From positions 1 through 42,442 of IMG/VR virus record IMGVR_UViG_3300021082_000016: a stretch of 42,442 nt of DNA; one strand, 5' to 3'. This DNA comes from a virus (Duplodnaviria > Caudoviricetes). Shown piece after piece: positions 26,498 through 34,631 of the stretch (position 1 is the stretch's first letter; every line of letters begins with the position of its first letter). The translations under genes were made by a program, and so were the position numbers. The notes below the pieces were generated by a model that saw only the letters and a list, made by a program, of their open reading frames with translations, was not told the origin of the DNA and searched no databases.

Positions 26498-26697
26498 TGC
26501 TGCTGGAGGCCGAAGAGCGCGGCATCTGTCACGGCATCGAGCTGGCGCCGGAGGTGAAGCTGATCGCTGGTGGTGGTATCGGGACGTGCGGCTGCGGCGT
26601 CGAAGTGCGGGTGCCGGACGAGGGCGACGTGCTGGAGTGCGAAGGCTGCGGCGCGCGCTGGCGGCTCAGCGTCGTACTGCAGGTGGAGCGGGCCTGA
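26497..26697 (+). CDS. Zn-ribbon protein
   Basis: CGCG...CEGCG; coupled at both ends. Confidence 0.55.
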   Translation: MLLEAEERGICHGIELAPEVKLIAGGGIGTCGCGVEVRVPDEGDVLECEGCGARWRLSVVLQVERA

Positions 26698-27026
26698 TGT
26701 CGCCGGCGGTGCGGCTGGGGGCGCTTCCGATGACACGGGCGGAGCGCCAGAAGCGCTGGCTGTGGAACAAGCGGAAGCAATGCGACTGCGGCAAGACGAT
26801 CAGCGGCAGGGGCAAGACGGGCCGTTGCCGCTCCTGCGCCCGGCAGACGGGCACGGCAACGGCGCGGTGCTCGCTGTGCACGGAGGTCATACCGCAGGAG
26901 ACGCCGCGCTTCTGGGTGATCAGGGTCGCGCACGGCGGCCGCAACGACCGGAAGAGCAACAGGAAGCTCATAAGCACGGTGTGTGAGCCGTGTTGGCAGG
27001 CACGTAGTTCAGGTAGGAGCACATAA
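26697..27026 (+). CDS. Basic multi-Cys Zn-finger protein
   Basis: CDCG, CRSC, CSLC, CEPC. Confidence 0.55.
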   Translation: MSPAVRLGALPMTRAERQKRWLWNKRKQCDCGKTISGRGKTGRCRSCARQTGTATARCSLCTEVIPQETPRFWVIRVAHGGRNDRKSNRKLISTVCEPCWQARSSGRST

Positions 27027-27027
27027 C

Positions 27028-28800
27028 GTGACGACAAGTACGGAGCAACCGGCGATGAGCCTGCGGACGTTCGACGAGATCGACCTGAGGCTGGTCGATG
27101 CGAACCCGTGGCAGCCGCGGACCTCGATGGACGGCATCGAGGAGTTGGCGGAGGACATCAAGCTCAACGGGCTCTACTACGCGCCGAGCGTGCGCGTGGC
27201 GGGCGAGCGTTATCAGCTGCGCATGGGCCACAGGCGCTTCGAGGCGCTAAAGCTGCTGGGCTTCACGCGGTACGCGCTGGAAATAGTAACGGCGACCGAT
27301 CACCAGATGGCGATTACGGCGCTGTCTGAGAACACACGGCGTCGCGACCTCAAGCCGATGGAGGAGTACCGGGCCTGGCAGAAGGCGCTGGAGATCGACG
27401 GCATGGGGGTGCAGGAGCTCGCCGCGGCGATGGGGCTGGACCGGTCGACCGTGAGCAACAACCTGCGTTTGCTCAGGCTGCCGCAGTTCGTGCTGCAGCA
27501 CGTCGACACGGGCGAGATGAGCGCCCACGCGGCCCGCGAGTTCCTCGGCCTCATGGGCTCCGACGGTCACTTCCACGAGACCGAGGCGAAAGAAGCGCTG
27601 GGGGTGCTAACGTCAGGGACGCCCGACTGGCGCGTCGGCCGCGTGCGCTTCACGATCGCGTACCACGTCGGCAGGCACCCCGTAGCCGACTGGCGCCGCC
27701 TGTACAAGGACGGACAGTACGACACGTCCGCGCCGGTGTTTGACGTCGACGCCTTCAAGGCCGAGCACGCCGCCAAGGTGCACACGATCCCTCGCGACGA
27801 GTGGACGTCGTACAGCCCGACCACGCAGGGCAGCAAGCTCAGGAAAGAGGGCTCAGGCGAGTGGACCTGCGCAACCGCAGCCTGGGCCAAGGCCCAGAGC
27901 GCGGGCAAGAAGGCCGCCGAGGGCGTGGCCGGAGCCGCGGCGAAGAAGACGGAGAGCGACGGCAGCGCGGCGCCGAAGACCCCCGGCAAGACCTCGAAGT
28001 GGCCCGCGGTGCTCTCGCAGGACCCGGTGTTCAAGAACGTTTCCCCGGAAACCGACGGCCCGCTGATCAAGACGCTGACCAGGGACGAGCGCAACGAGCA
28101 GGCCGCGGCGCAGATGGGCACCCGTGGCACGCCGGGCCTCGTGCCAAAGAAGGGCAAGGGCTTCGTAGCGCCGGTGGACGAGCGCCACGAGCTCTACGGC
28201 TGGTACGACTACAACCTGCGCGAGAGGCCCGGCTACTTCGCCGACATCATCGAGTGCCGCACGAAGTGCACCACGGGCGCGGCCTACCTGCAGAAGGACG
28301 ACAAAAGCCCGTTCGAGCTGTTCTGCACCAACGAGTCCTGCTTCGACCAGCACTGCACCAAGGGACGCCAGGTGGTCGAGCAGAAGGTCGCGAAGGCAGT
28401 GCGGGACATCGACGCCCGTGACGACGAGCTCTACGAGGTGCTGTACGAGCACCTCGTTGCTGGCCCGGCGGAGGCCGTACCGCTGCTGGCCGCCGTTGTG
28501 ATTCAGGGGATCAACCCGAAGAAGGTCAGCCCGGAGACACGCGACTATGAGGTCGACCGTGAGCTGGCAGTCTGGACGGCCAACGCGCAGCACCTTGCGG
28601 TAGCGGCGGGCGTCGAGGACGCGGACGGCCTGCGCGAGGGCTTCGACATCAACGACGGTAACGCCAGGGAGTTGCTGCTGCGTGCGGTGGTCGAACGCTC
28701 GCGCTCGAAGGAAGGCCAGGCGTTCGTCGAGCACTTCCTCAAGGCCGCGACGGAGCCAGCGCTGCCGGTTACCGCCGAAGACGGCCTGACGCAGGAGTAG
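27028..28800 (+). CDS. ParB/Spo0J-like protein (ParBc plus HTH) with long Cys-containing C-terminal extension
   Basis: NPWQPR, GHRRFEA, ENTRRRDL, HTH LAAAMGLDRSTVSNNLRLLRLP; AGGAG RBS before GTG 27028. Confidence 0.9.
   Translation: MTTSTEQPAMSLRTFDEIDLRLVDANPWQPRTSMDGIEELAEDIKLNGLYYAPSVRVAGERYQLRMGHRRFEALKLLGFTRYALEIVTATDHQMAITALSENTRRRDLKPMEEYRAWQKALEIDGMGVQELAAAMGLDRSTVSNNLRLLRLPQFVLQHVDTGEMSAHAAREFLGLMGSDGHFHETEAKEALGVLTSGTPDWRVGRVRFTIAYHVGRHPVADWRRLYKDGQYDTSAPVFDVDAFKAEHAAKVHTIPRDEWTSYSPTTQGSKLRKEGSGEWTCATAAWAKAQSAGKKAAEGVAGAAAKKTESDGSAAPKTPGKTSKWPAVLSQDPVFKNVSPETDGPLIKTLTRDERNEQAAAQMGTRGTPGLVPKKGKGFVAPVDERHELYGWYDYNLRERPGYFADIIECRTKCTTGAAYLQKDDKSPFELFCTNESCFDQHCTKGRQVVEQKVAKAVRDIDARDDELYEVLYEHLVAGPAEAVPLLAAVVIQGINPKKVSPETRDYEVDRELAVWTANAQHLAVAAGVEDADGLREGFDINDGNARELLLRAVVERSRSKEGQAFVEHFLKAATEPALPVTAEDGLTQE
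28039..28052. promoter_or_regulatory. Palindromic box GTTTCCCCGGAAAC, exact, inside the parB-like gene
   Basis: Read directly; encodes VSPET. Confidence 0.75.
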
Positions 28801-28804
28801 ACGG

Positions 28805-29008
28805 ATGCGCCTCACGGTACTCAGAGCACAGAAGGCCCCGGGAGCGTGTCTGGTGCCGGACTGCGACAACCCGGCGGAACGTCTGCCGGGTACGGACCTG
28901 CCGCAGATGCTCTGCAAACCGTGCCGTGAGCGCGCCGACATCGCCGAGCAAGAGATACGCGCCATGAACCCGGCGTACGGCCGCTACATGGAAGGCAAAG
29001 AGGACTGA
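28805..29008 (+). CDS. Small Zn-finger protein
   Basis: CLVPDC...CKPC; AGGAG RBS. Confidence 0.55.
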   Translation: MRLTVLRAQKAPGACLVPDCDNPAERLPGTDLPQMLCKPCRERADIAEQEIRAMNPAYGRYMEGKED

Positions 29009-29024
29009 AGGAGAAACCCCCGCT

Positions 29025-29330
29025 ATGAAGCTAACAGTACGCAACAAGAGCGAGCTGCCGCCGGACCCCAACGACAGGTACGCCGCGATCGTCGCGGGCT
29101 TTAACGACCTCACCGGTGACGAGGTGCTGTTCATCGAACCGGACGGCGAGGTCAACAACTTCCGTCTCGGGCAGCTACTCAGCGCGATCAAGAAGCGGCT
29201 CGAGAAGGACAGCTTCGAAGTCCGGCGCGACCTCGCAGGGGGGGGTCTCTGGGTCATGCCTAAGCGCCCGCGACCGGCAAACGGAGGAAGCGCTGCCGCG
29301 GCCCCTTTAGACCGCCCATCGCACCCGTGA
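29025..29330 (+). CDS. Hypothetical protein
   Basis: AAGGAG RBS. Confidence 0.6.
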   Translation: MKLTVRNKSELPPDPNDRYAAIVAGFNDLTGDEVLFIEPDGEVNNFRLGQLLSAIKKRLEKDSFEVRRDLAGGGLWVMPKRPRPANGGSAAAAPLDRPSHP

Positions 29331-29515
29331 GGCGCTGCAGACGCTGCAACGGGACGATGCACCGCGACCGGCTGGCGGAGGGCGTCGAGTACAACTGCCT
29401 GCAGTGCGGCAACGTCGAGTACGGCGAGGGCTTCACGGCCCTGTCACGCGAAGACGACGCCGGCACCCGGCCGGAGCGCAGACGCTACGCCAGCCACGCC
29501 GGCAGCAGGTTGTAA
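29327..29515 (+). CDS. Zn-ribbon protein (CRRC...CLQC)
   Basis: GTGA and TAATG coupling. Confidence 0.6.
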   Translation: MRRCRRCNGTMHRDRLAEGVEYNCLQCGNVEYGEGFTALSREDDAGTRPERRRYASHAGSRL

Positions 29516-29754
29516 TGCAGCAGGCCCCCGCCACGCTGTATTGCCCCCGCTGTGCACGGGATTGCGCCCTGAGCGAGTTCGTGGCGCTGATGCGTGACGT
29601 GCGGCCGGGCGCCAAGGCCCGCAAGCTGCCGCTGCTAACCGTGTGGAAGCACAAGCCGTCAGCCGCCAGCAGGAAGGGCACGGAGGGATTCGTCGCTCCG
29701 TGTAGGCAGTTGGTTTACACGCTGGACGTAAAGGGAATAAGCGCTTTGGTGTAA
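29515..29754 (+). CDS. Small Cys protein, last early gene (candidate late regulator)
   Basis: TAATG coupling; YCPRC...H...C; lies immediately before the late promoter. Confidence 0.45.
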   Translation: MQQAPATLYCPRCARDCALSEFVALMRDVRPGAKARKLPLLTVWKHKPSAASRKGTEGFVAPCRQLVYTLDVKGISALV

Positions 29755-29820
29755 ACTACCGCCACAACCGCATAGCAATTGGGTTAGAGGGCCGTTCCCA
29801 GGCAGGGAGCGGCCTTTTCG
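29752..29820 (+). promoter_or_regulatory. Late leader 1: -10 TAAACT, CAACnnnATAGCAATTGGG box, terminator hairpin
   Basis: Shares sequence with 41083-41162; stem AGGGCCGTTCCC/GGGAGCGGCCTT followed by TT. Confidence 0.65.
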
Positions 29821-29841
29821 TATTCGGGAGTTTTCCAGACC

Positions 29842-30381
29842 TTGCCTCAGCACCACGTTCTAGAGACACCAAAGATGCGCAAACTCATCATCGGCATGAT
29901 CCTCGCCGGCGGTAAGGACACGGCGATCGCCCGCGCGGTGTCGAACAAGCGGCTGACGGTGACGCGCCAGGCAATCGGTGCCTTCAGGCGACGGCACGCC
30001 GACACGCTTGAGCCCGAGGAAGCGCGTATGCAGCGCGAGGCCGCGGACTACGCCATCGCCAACAAGGTCAACCGTATCGCGACCAACGACCTGCTGAAGA
30101 ACCTGCTGCTGACGGTCAGGGACGAACGCGCGGCGGGACGTACCGGCATTGGCACCGGCCTTGTGGTCATGCGCGAGAAGGCGCTGGGCTCCGGCGACAA
30201 CATGACCATCGTCGAGGAGTACGAGATCGACCCGGCGATCGTCACTCTAATCGACAAGCTGCACAACTCGACCGCGAACGAACTCGGGCAACTGCCAAAG
30301 GGGCGCACACTGGACCTCAGCGACCGGCGCACCTACGTGTTGCAGGTGGTGACGAATGGTAATAGCGTCCCCCTCGGCTGA
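29842..30381 (+). CDS. terS: Terminase small subunit (putative)
   Basis: N-terminal HTH; directly upstream of and overlapping the large terminase; GGGAG before TTG. Confidence 0.65.
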   Translation: MPQHHVLETPKMRKLIIGMILAGGKDTAIARAVSNKRLTVTRQAIGAFRRRHADTLEPEEARMQREAADYAIANKVNRIATNDLLKNLLLTVRDERAAGRTGIGTGLVVMREKALGSGDNMTIVEEYEIDPAIVTLIDKLHNSTANELGQLPKGRTLDLSDRRTYVLQVVTNGNSVPLG

Positions 30382-31849
30382 CACCACGATCCGGCTAGAG
30401 TTGCGCGGCGGCAACGAAGAGGCCTGGAACGCGCGCGAACCAGAAGTCCTTGTAGAAGGGCCGCGCGGGACGGGCAAGACGCGCACGATCCTCGAGCTGA
30501 TCAACCAACTGATGCATCACTTCGCCGGGCTGCAGTGGATCATCGTCCGGAAGTATGCCGTAACGCTGGCGTCCACCTGTCTCAAGACGTTCAACGAACA
30601 GGTTCTTCGTCCCGGGGACGGCACCGCCTTCTTTGGTGGGGCGCCTGACGAACCGGCGTCCTATCGCTACCGCAACGGTTCTCGTATCACGGTGGGTGGC
30701 CTCGACAACCCGAAGGCGCGCGAGAAGATGCTGTCCGCCGAGTACGACGGTGCATACATCAACGAGATCACTGAGCTCACCGAAGACGACCTGATCTCGA
30801 TCAAGGCAACGCTGCGCCACGCCAACCCGGACGGCACGCCGATCATCGAGCACCGTCGCGTCCTGGCGGACTGCAACCCGGCCCGTCGCGGCAACTGGGT
30901 CAACGTGCGCTGCGAGCGCGGGCAGATGCGCCGCATCAAGACACGCCTGCAGGACAACCCGCGCTTCGCCAACCCGGACGGCTCCTGGACGGTGGAGGGC
31001 GAGCGCTATCTGACGGAGAACCTGCCGCCTCCGGGTACGCCGCGTTACGAGAGCTGGGTGCTTGGCGAGTGGGGCGGCGAAGACAACGCCTGCTACCCGC
31101 TGTTCGACCGCGACGTGCACATACGGCCGCTGGAGGCCGGCCTGTACTTCCCGGTGACGATCATCGGTGAAGACTACGGCGCGGAGCATAAATGCGGCGT
31201 GGTGGCCCTGAGCATTGACCAGTACAACCGGCGCTGGCTGCGCGAGGCGTGGGGCGAGCCGGACAAGGACCAGGGCAAGAGTCTAAACCTGGTCGTCGCA
31301 CGCTTCAAGGAGCGCTACAAGACCAAGCGCGGCCGCGGTGACCCGAACCAGAAGTTCCTCAACGACTCGCACGGCTTCGCCACGGCCAAGGGCGGCAACG
31401 GCGGCACGTCGGGTGCACCGCGCCTGCACCGCATCGACCTGATGGAGCGCCTGTTCTACTCCTACCCCGGCGGGCGTGTGCCCACGTTCAAGGAAGAGCT
31501 CGACCTGCGGGTGCCGCAAGGCCCGTTCAGCGAGCCGGACTCGCCCGGCTTCTTCATCGTGGAGGGTTGTCCCGGCGGCGAAGACCTTGCCGACGAAATC
31601 GAGGGCTACCACTACATCTACACAGAGACGCCGAAGGGGCGCACGAAGGACGTGTACCGCATGAACGAGAACCTGATTGCGGCCATGGAGTGCGCCAACG
31701 AGGAGTACGAAGAGGGCGAAACCGAGAAGGACGTTGCCGGTCCGGCCCGCGTAGTGCTCCCGTCCAACACCGAGAAGCGCACCTACGGCGGCCTGGTCCG
31801 CAACACACCCGCACGCTCGTACGGCGGGCTGGGAGGAAGACGTGGCTGA
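30356..31849 (+). CDS. terL: Terminase large subunit (PBSX-like)
   Basis: Walker A GPRGTGKT, Walker B AYINEITE, motif III DCNP, DNP, nuclease GEDYG. Confidence 0.92.
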   Translation: MVIASPSADTTIRLELRGGNEEAWNAREPEVLVEGPRGTGKTRTILELINQLMHHFAGLQWIIVRKYAVTLASTCLKTFNEQVLRPGDGTAFFGGAPDEPASYRYRNGSRITVGGLDNPKAREKMLSAEYDGAYINEITELTEDDLISIKATLRHANPDGTPIIEHRRVLADCNPARRGNWVNVRCERGQMRRIKTRLQDNPRFANPDGSWTVEGERYLTENLPPPGTPRYESWVLGEWGGEDNACYPLFDRDVHIRPLEAGLYFPVTIIGEDYGAEHKCGVVALSIDQYNRRWLREAWGEPDKDQGKSLNLVVARFKERYKTKRGRGDPNQKFLNDSHGFATAKGGNGGTSGAPRLHRIDLMERLFYSYPGGRVPTFKEELDLRVPQGPFSEPDSPGFFIVEGCPGGEDLADEIEGYHYIYTETPKGRTKDVYRMNENLIAAMECANEEYEEGETEKDVAGPARVVLPSNTEKRTYGGLVRNTPARSYGGLGGRRG

Positions 31850-33725
31850 GACCAAGACCAGGCGCCTGCCGAAGAAGCTCACCGAAGCCGTGCAGGTGAT
31901 CCGTGCGGCAGAGAAGCTGTTCAACTCCAAGCCGATGAAGGCCTACGAGAGCGCCAGGCCGCTGTACCGCGGCCTGGCGATGATGCGCCTGCCCTCAGAC
32001 CTGCCCGCCGACTTCGCCCAGGGCGTTTCCGGGGAAATCAGCTCGACGCGCGTGATCCGGACGTCGCGCGCGATGAAGAGCAAGGCGGCAGGGTATCCCA
32101 GGTACACGGACGTGATCCCGCACGCGGTCAAGAGCGGCGCGCCGACCCAGGCCCTGGTGGACCAGGCCGACCGGCTGGGCCGGGCGCTGACCATGGCGAA
32201 CGCCCTGGCAGACGAGGGCCTCAAGGTCACCAACCCGACGCGCGACCACCAGTTCATCGACGGCTACGCATGCTGGCGCATCGTGCAGCGCCGCAAGGAC
32301 GACGGCTCCCCCGGCCTGCAGGTCGAGGTCTACAACCCGGCCGCTTGCGCCTTCCCGGAGCTGCCCGCCGGCACGTTCCGGCCCAAGCGCTTCGCCTGGC
32401 GCCACTACGTGCAGACGTCGGCGCTCAAGGAGACCTACGCCAACAAGGGCACGCTGAGCGTTAACAACGGCAGGGTGAACTGGGAGCCGATCGCCGCGCC
32501 GCGCAGCATGGAGGAAGGCAAGGCCGCGGACGGCGGCAGCCCGCCCGGCGCCGGCACCGACGACGAGGAGGACAAGGAGCGCCTAGTCTACGGCTACGAC
32601 GACGGCTGCTGGATATACCAGGTCGTGGCCGACGACGAAGGCAAGGACGGCAAGATCGTCTGGTGCGAGCGCAACACGACCTGCGCTGAGGGCGAGCGTG
32701 CGGCGGCGGCGGTGGTGATCCCCGGCGACACGTTCGCGCCCGGCGCCGATGGCGAGAAGATGCTGCCGGTGCTCTGGGCCCTGCTCAACCTGGTCAACTC
32801 GATCAACCTGGTCAACTCGATCCGCATCACCACGGCGTTCCGGGCGCGTCCCGGCACCCAGATCGTCGTCGCCGACAAGACGCCGGAAGAGATCAAGAAG
32901 CTGCAGGAGCTGCAGGCGATCCGGCCGGTGGAGAGCGCCGAAGGCACCGACGCCATCGTTTACACGGCGGGCACGCGAGTGCAGCCGTGGGCGATCGTGG
33001 CCAACGAGGACCTCGACAAGATCATCGCGCAGCTGACGGTGGAAATTGACGCCACCTGCGGCGAGCTGTTGGTCAACACCAACCCGGACGTCGTGGCGCA
33101 GGCGTCGGCTACGGCGTTCCACATCTCGACCTCAGAGACCGAGCAGCAGCAGACCTCGTGGCTGCAGTTCCTCGACTTCGGCTGGATCGAGTACGACAAG
33201 ATGCTGTGCAACTGGCTGGACAATAACGACGAAGAGTACCAGCTGGTGGCCACCGACAAGCTGACGCGCTCCGGCGGCGACGAGATCGCGCAGGGCGAGT
33301 TCATGACCCTGGGGCCGGACGACGTGAGCTTCGGCAAGACGATCACGGTGGGCACGCGGCAGGAGACCGAGGACCAGAAGAACAAGCGCATGATCAACAC
33401 GCTGTTCCTCATGGACCGCGGCATCCGCACCCTGATCCAGGGCATCGAGGCCGACACCAACGACGTCACAGCCCAGGTGAAGAACCTGCGCAAGGACTAC
33501 GGCATGCGCATCGCCCAGCCGGTGCTGACGCTGTACTACTTTCCGCAGATGGTCGAGGACGCGATCAAGACCGGCGCCGGGGTCTGGCTGCCTGTGGCCC
33601 AGCGGCCGGAGCTGTTCAGCGGCCAGCCCGCGCCACAGGCAGCGCCCGCTGCACAGCCCTCGCAATCGTTCGCCCCGGCGCCGACCGAGCCGGCCGCTGG
33701 CGCCGCGGTGGGAGGGATGCAGTAA
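31842..33725 (+). CDS. Portal protein (putative)
   Basis: 627 aa, directly after terL; GGAGG RBS; Pro/Ala/Gln tail typical of podovirus portals. Confidence 0.7.
   Translation: MAETKTRRLPKKLTEAVQVIRAAEKLFNSKPMKAYESARPLYRGLAMMRLPSDLPADFAQGVSGEISSTRVIRTSRAMKSKAAGYPRYTDVIPHAVKSGAPTQALVDQADRLGRALTMANALADEGLKVTNPTRDHQFIDGYACWRIVQRRKDDGSPGLQVEVYNPAACAFPELPAGTFRPKRFAWRHYVQTSALKETYANKGTLSVNNGRVNWEPIAAPRSMEEGKAADGGSPPGAGTDDEEDKERLVYGYDDGCWIYQVVADDEGKDGKIVWCERNTTCAEGERAAAAVVIPGDTFAPGADGEKMLPVLWALLNLVNSINLVNSIRITTAFRARPGTQIVVADKTPEEIKKLQELQAIRPVESAEGTDAIVYTAGTRVQPWAIVANEDLDKIIAQLTVEIDATCGELLVNTNPDVVAQASATAFHISTSETEQQQTSWLQFLDFGWIEYDKMLCNWLDNNDEEYQLVATDKLTRSGGDEIAQGEFMTLGPDDVSFGKTITVGTRQETEDQKNKRMINTLFLMDRGIRTLIQGIEADTNDVTAQVKNLRKDYGMRIAQPVLTLYYFPQMVEDAIKTGAGVWLPVAQRPELFSGQPAPQAAPAAQPSQSFAPAPTEPAAGAAVGGMQ
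32025..32038. promoter_or_regulatory. Palindromic box GTTTCCGGGGAAAT (1 mismatch)
   Basis: Read directly. Confidence 0.65.
32785..32822 (+). repeat. Perfect 18-bp tandem duplication in the portal gene
   Basis: TCAACCTGGTCAACTCGA twice (LVNSINLVNSI). Confidence 0.85.
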
Positions 33726-34342
33726 TGACCATGCAGCAGCCGACGCCGTTCCCGTCCATGCCCAGGCTCGACCCGCAGAACCCGTACCAGATGTTCGCCT
33801 ACTTCACGGCCTGGCTGTACATGACGGAGCCAAAGGCGATCGCGGAGTCGGACAAAGAGATCGGCGAGGAGCTCGCGGAGCTGACGGAGCTGAGCCTGGA
33901 GACGGCGATGCTGGCGATGGGCATGCGCCGCGGCAACCCGGCCGAGCGCATCCAGGCGTACAAGCGCAAGTACGAATGGCCGCTGCAGGTCGACCAGCAG
34001 ACCGGGATGCTCCTGCACCCGGTGATGACGACGCAGCCGGTAATCGACCCGCAGACCGGTTTGCCCACGGGCGAGATGCAGCAGATGCCGACCGGCGAGG
34101 GCGAGGACCTGTGGCTGGAGCAGCGGCAGAAGTTCCCCAGGCAGTTCCGCATCGACGCGCTGGACGCCGTGAAGCTGGGAGCGCCGGTGCCGGAGTGGGT
34201 ACGCGAGTACGTGCTGGGAGACGGCGTTTCCGGGGAAACCGCGGACGGCGGGACACAGGCACGGGCTCCACAGCCGTTGCGCGTGGATGCCGGGCCGGTA
34301 GAGACGCAGGCGTCCGCTCCGGCGCCTCTGGTGGCGGCATGA
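33725..34342 (+). CDS. Hypothetical virion-associated protein (DxQTG repeats)
   Basis: TAATG coupling; VDQQTG and IDPQTG. Confidence 0.6.
   Translation: MTMQQPTPFPSMPRLDPQNPYQMFAYFTAWLYMTEPKAIAESDKEIGEELAELTELSLETAMLAMGMRRGNPAERIQAYKRKYEWPLQVDQQTGMLLHPVMTTQPVIDPQTGLPTGEMQQMPTGEGEDLWLEQRQKFPRQFRIDALDAVKLGAPVPEWVREYVLGDGVSGETADGGTQARAPQPLRVDAGPVETQASAPAPLVAA
34226..34239. promoter_or_regulatory. Palindromic box GTTTCCGGGGAAAC, exact
   Basis: Read directly; encodes VSGET. Confidence 0.75.
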
Positions 34343-34611
34343 ACATCGACTGGGACACCATCGCGTCAGAAGAGGACTCTCGGATCATCAACACGGCCCG
34401 GCAGACGCTCGCCCAGATGGAGCAAGCAGATCGGCCGGAGAAGGACGGCGGCGCCGGCGGCTTCCTGTGCTACTTCGCGACGTACAAGGACCTCAACGCC
34501 GTCTATCACTTTTCTGCGCATGGCGACAAGCACACGATCATCGGGCTCCTGCGCCAGGCCGTGAGCCAGCTTGAAGCGGAAACCTTTGGGAAGGCTGGTG
34601 CATCATCGTAG
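34339..34611 (+). CDS. Hypothetical protein (MNIDWDT...)
   Basis: ATGA coupling. Confidence 0.55.
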   Translation: MNIDWDTIASEEDSRIINTARQTLAQMEQADRPEKDGGAGGFLCYFATYKDLNAVYHFSAHGDKHTIIGLLRQAVSQLEAETFGKAGASS

Positions 34612-34631
34612 CGCTGCCCGTCATCCCCGGC

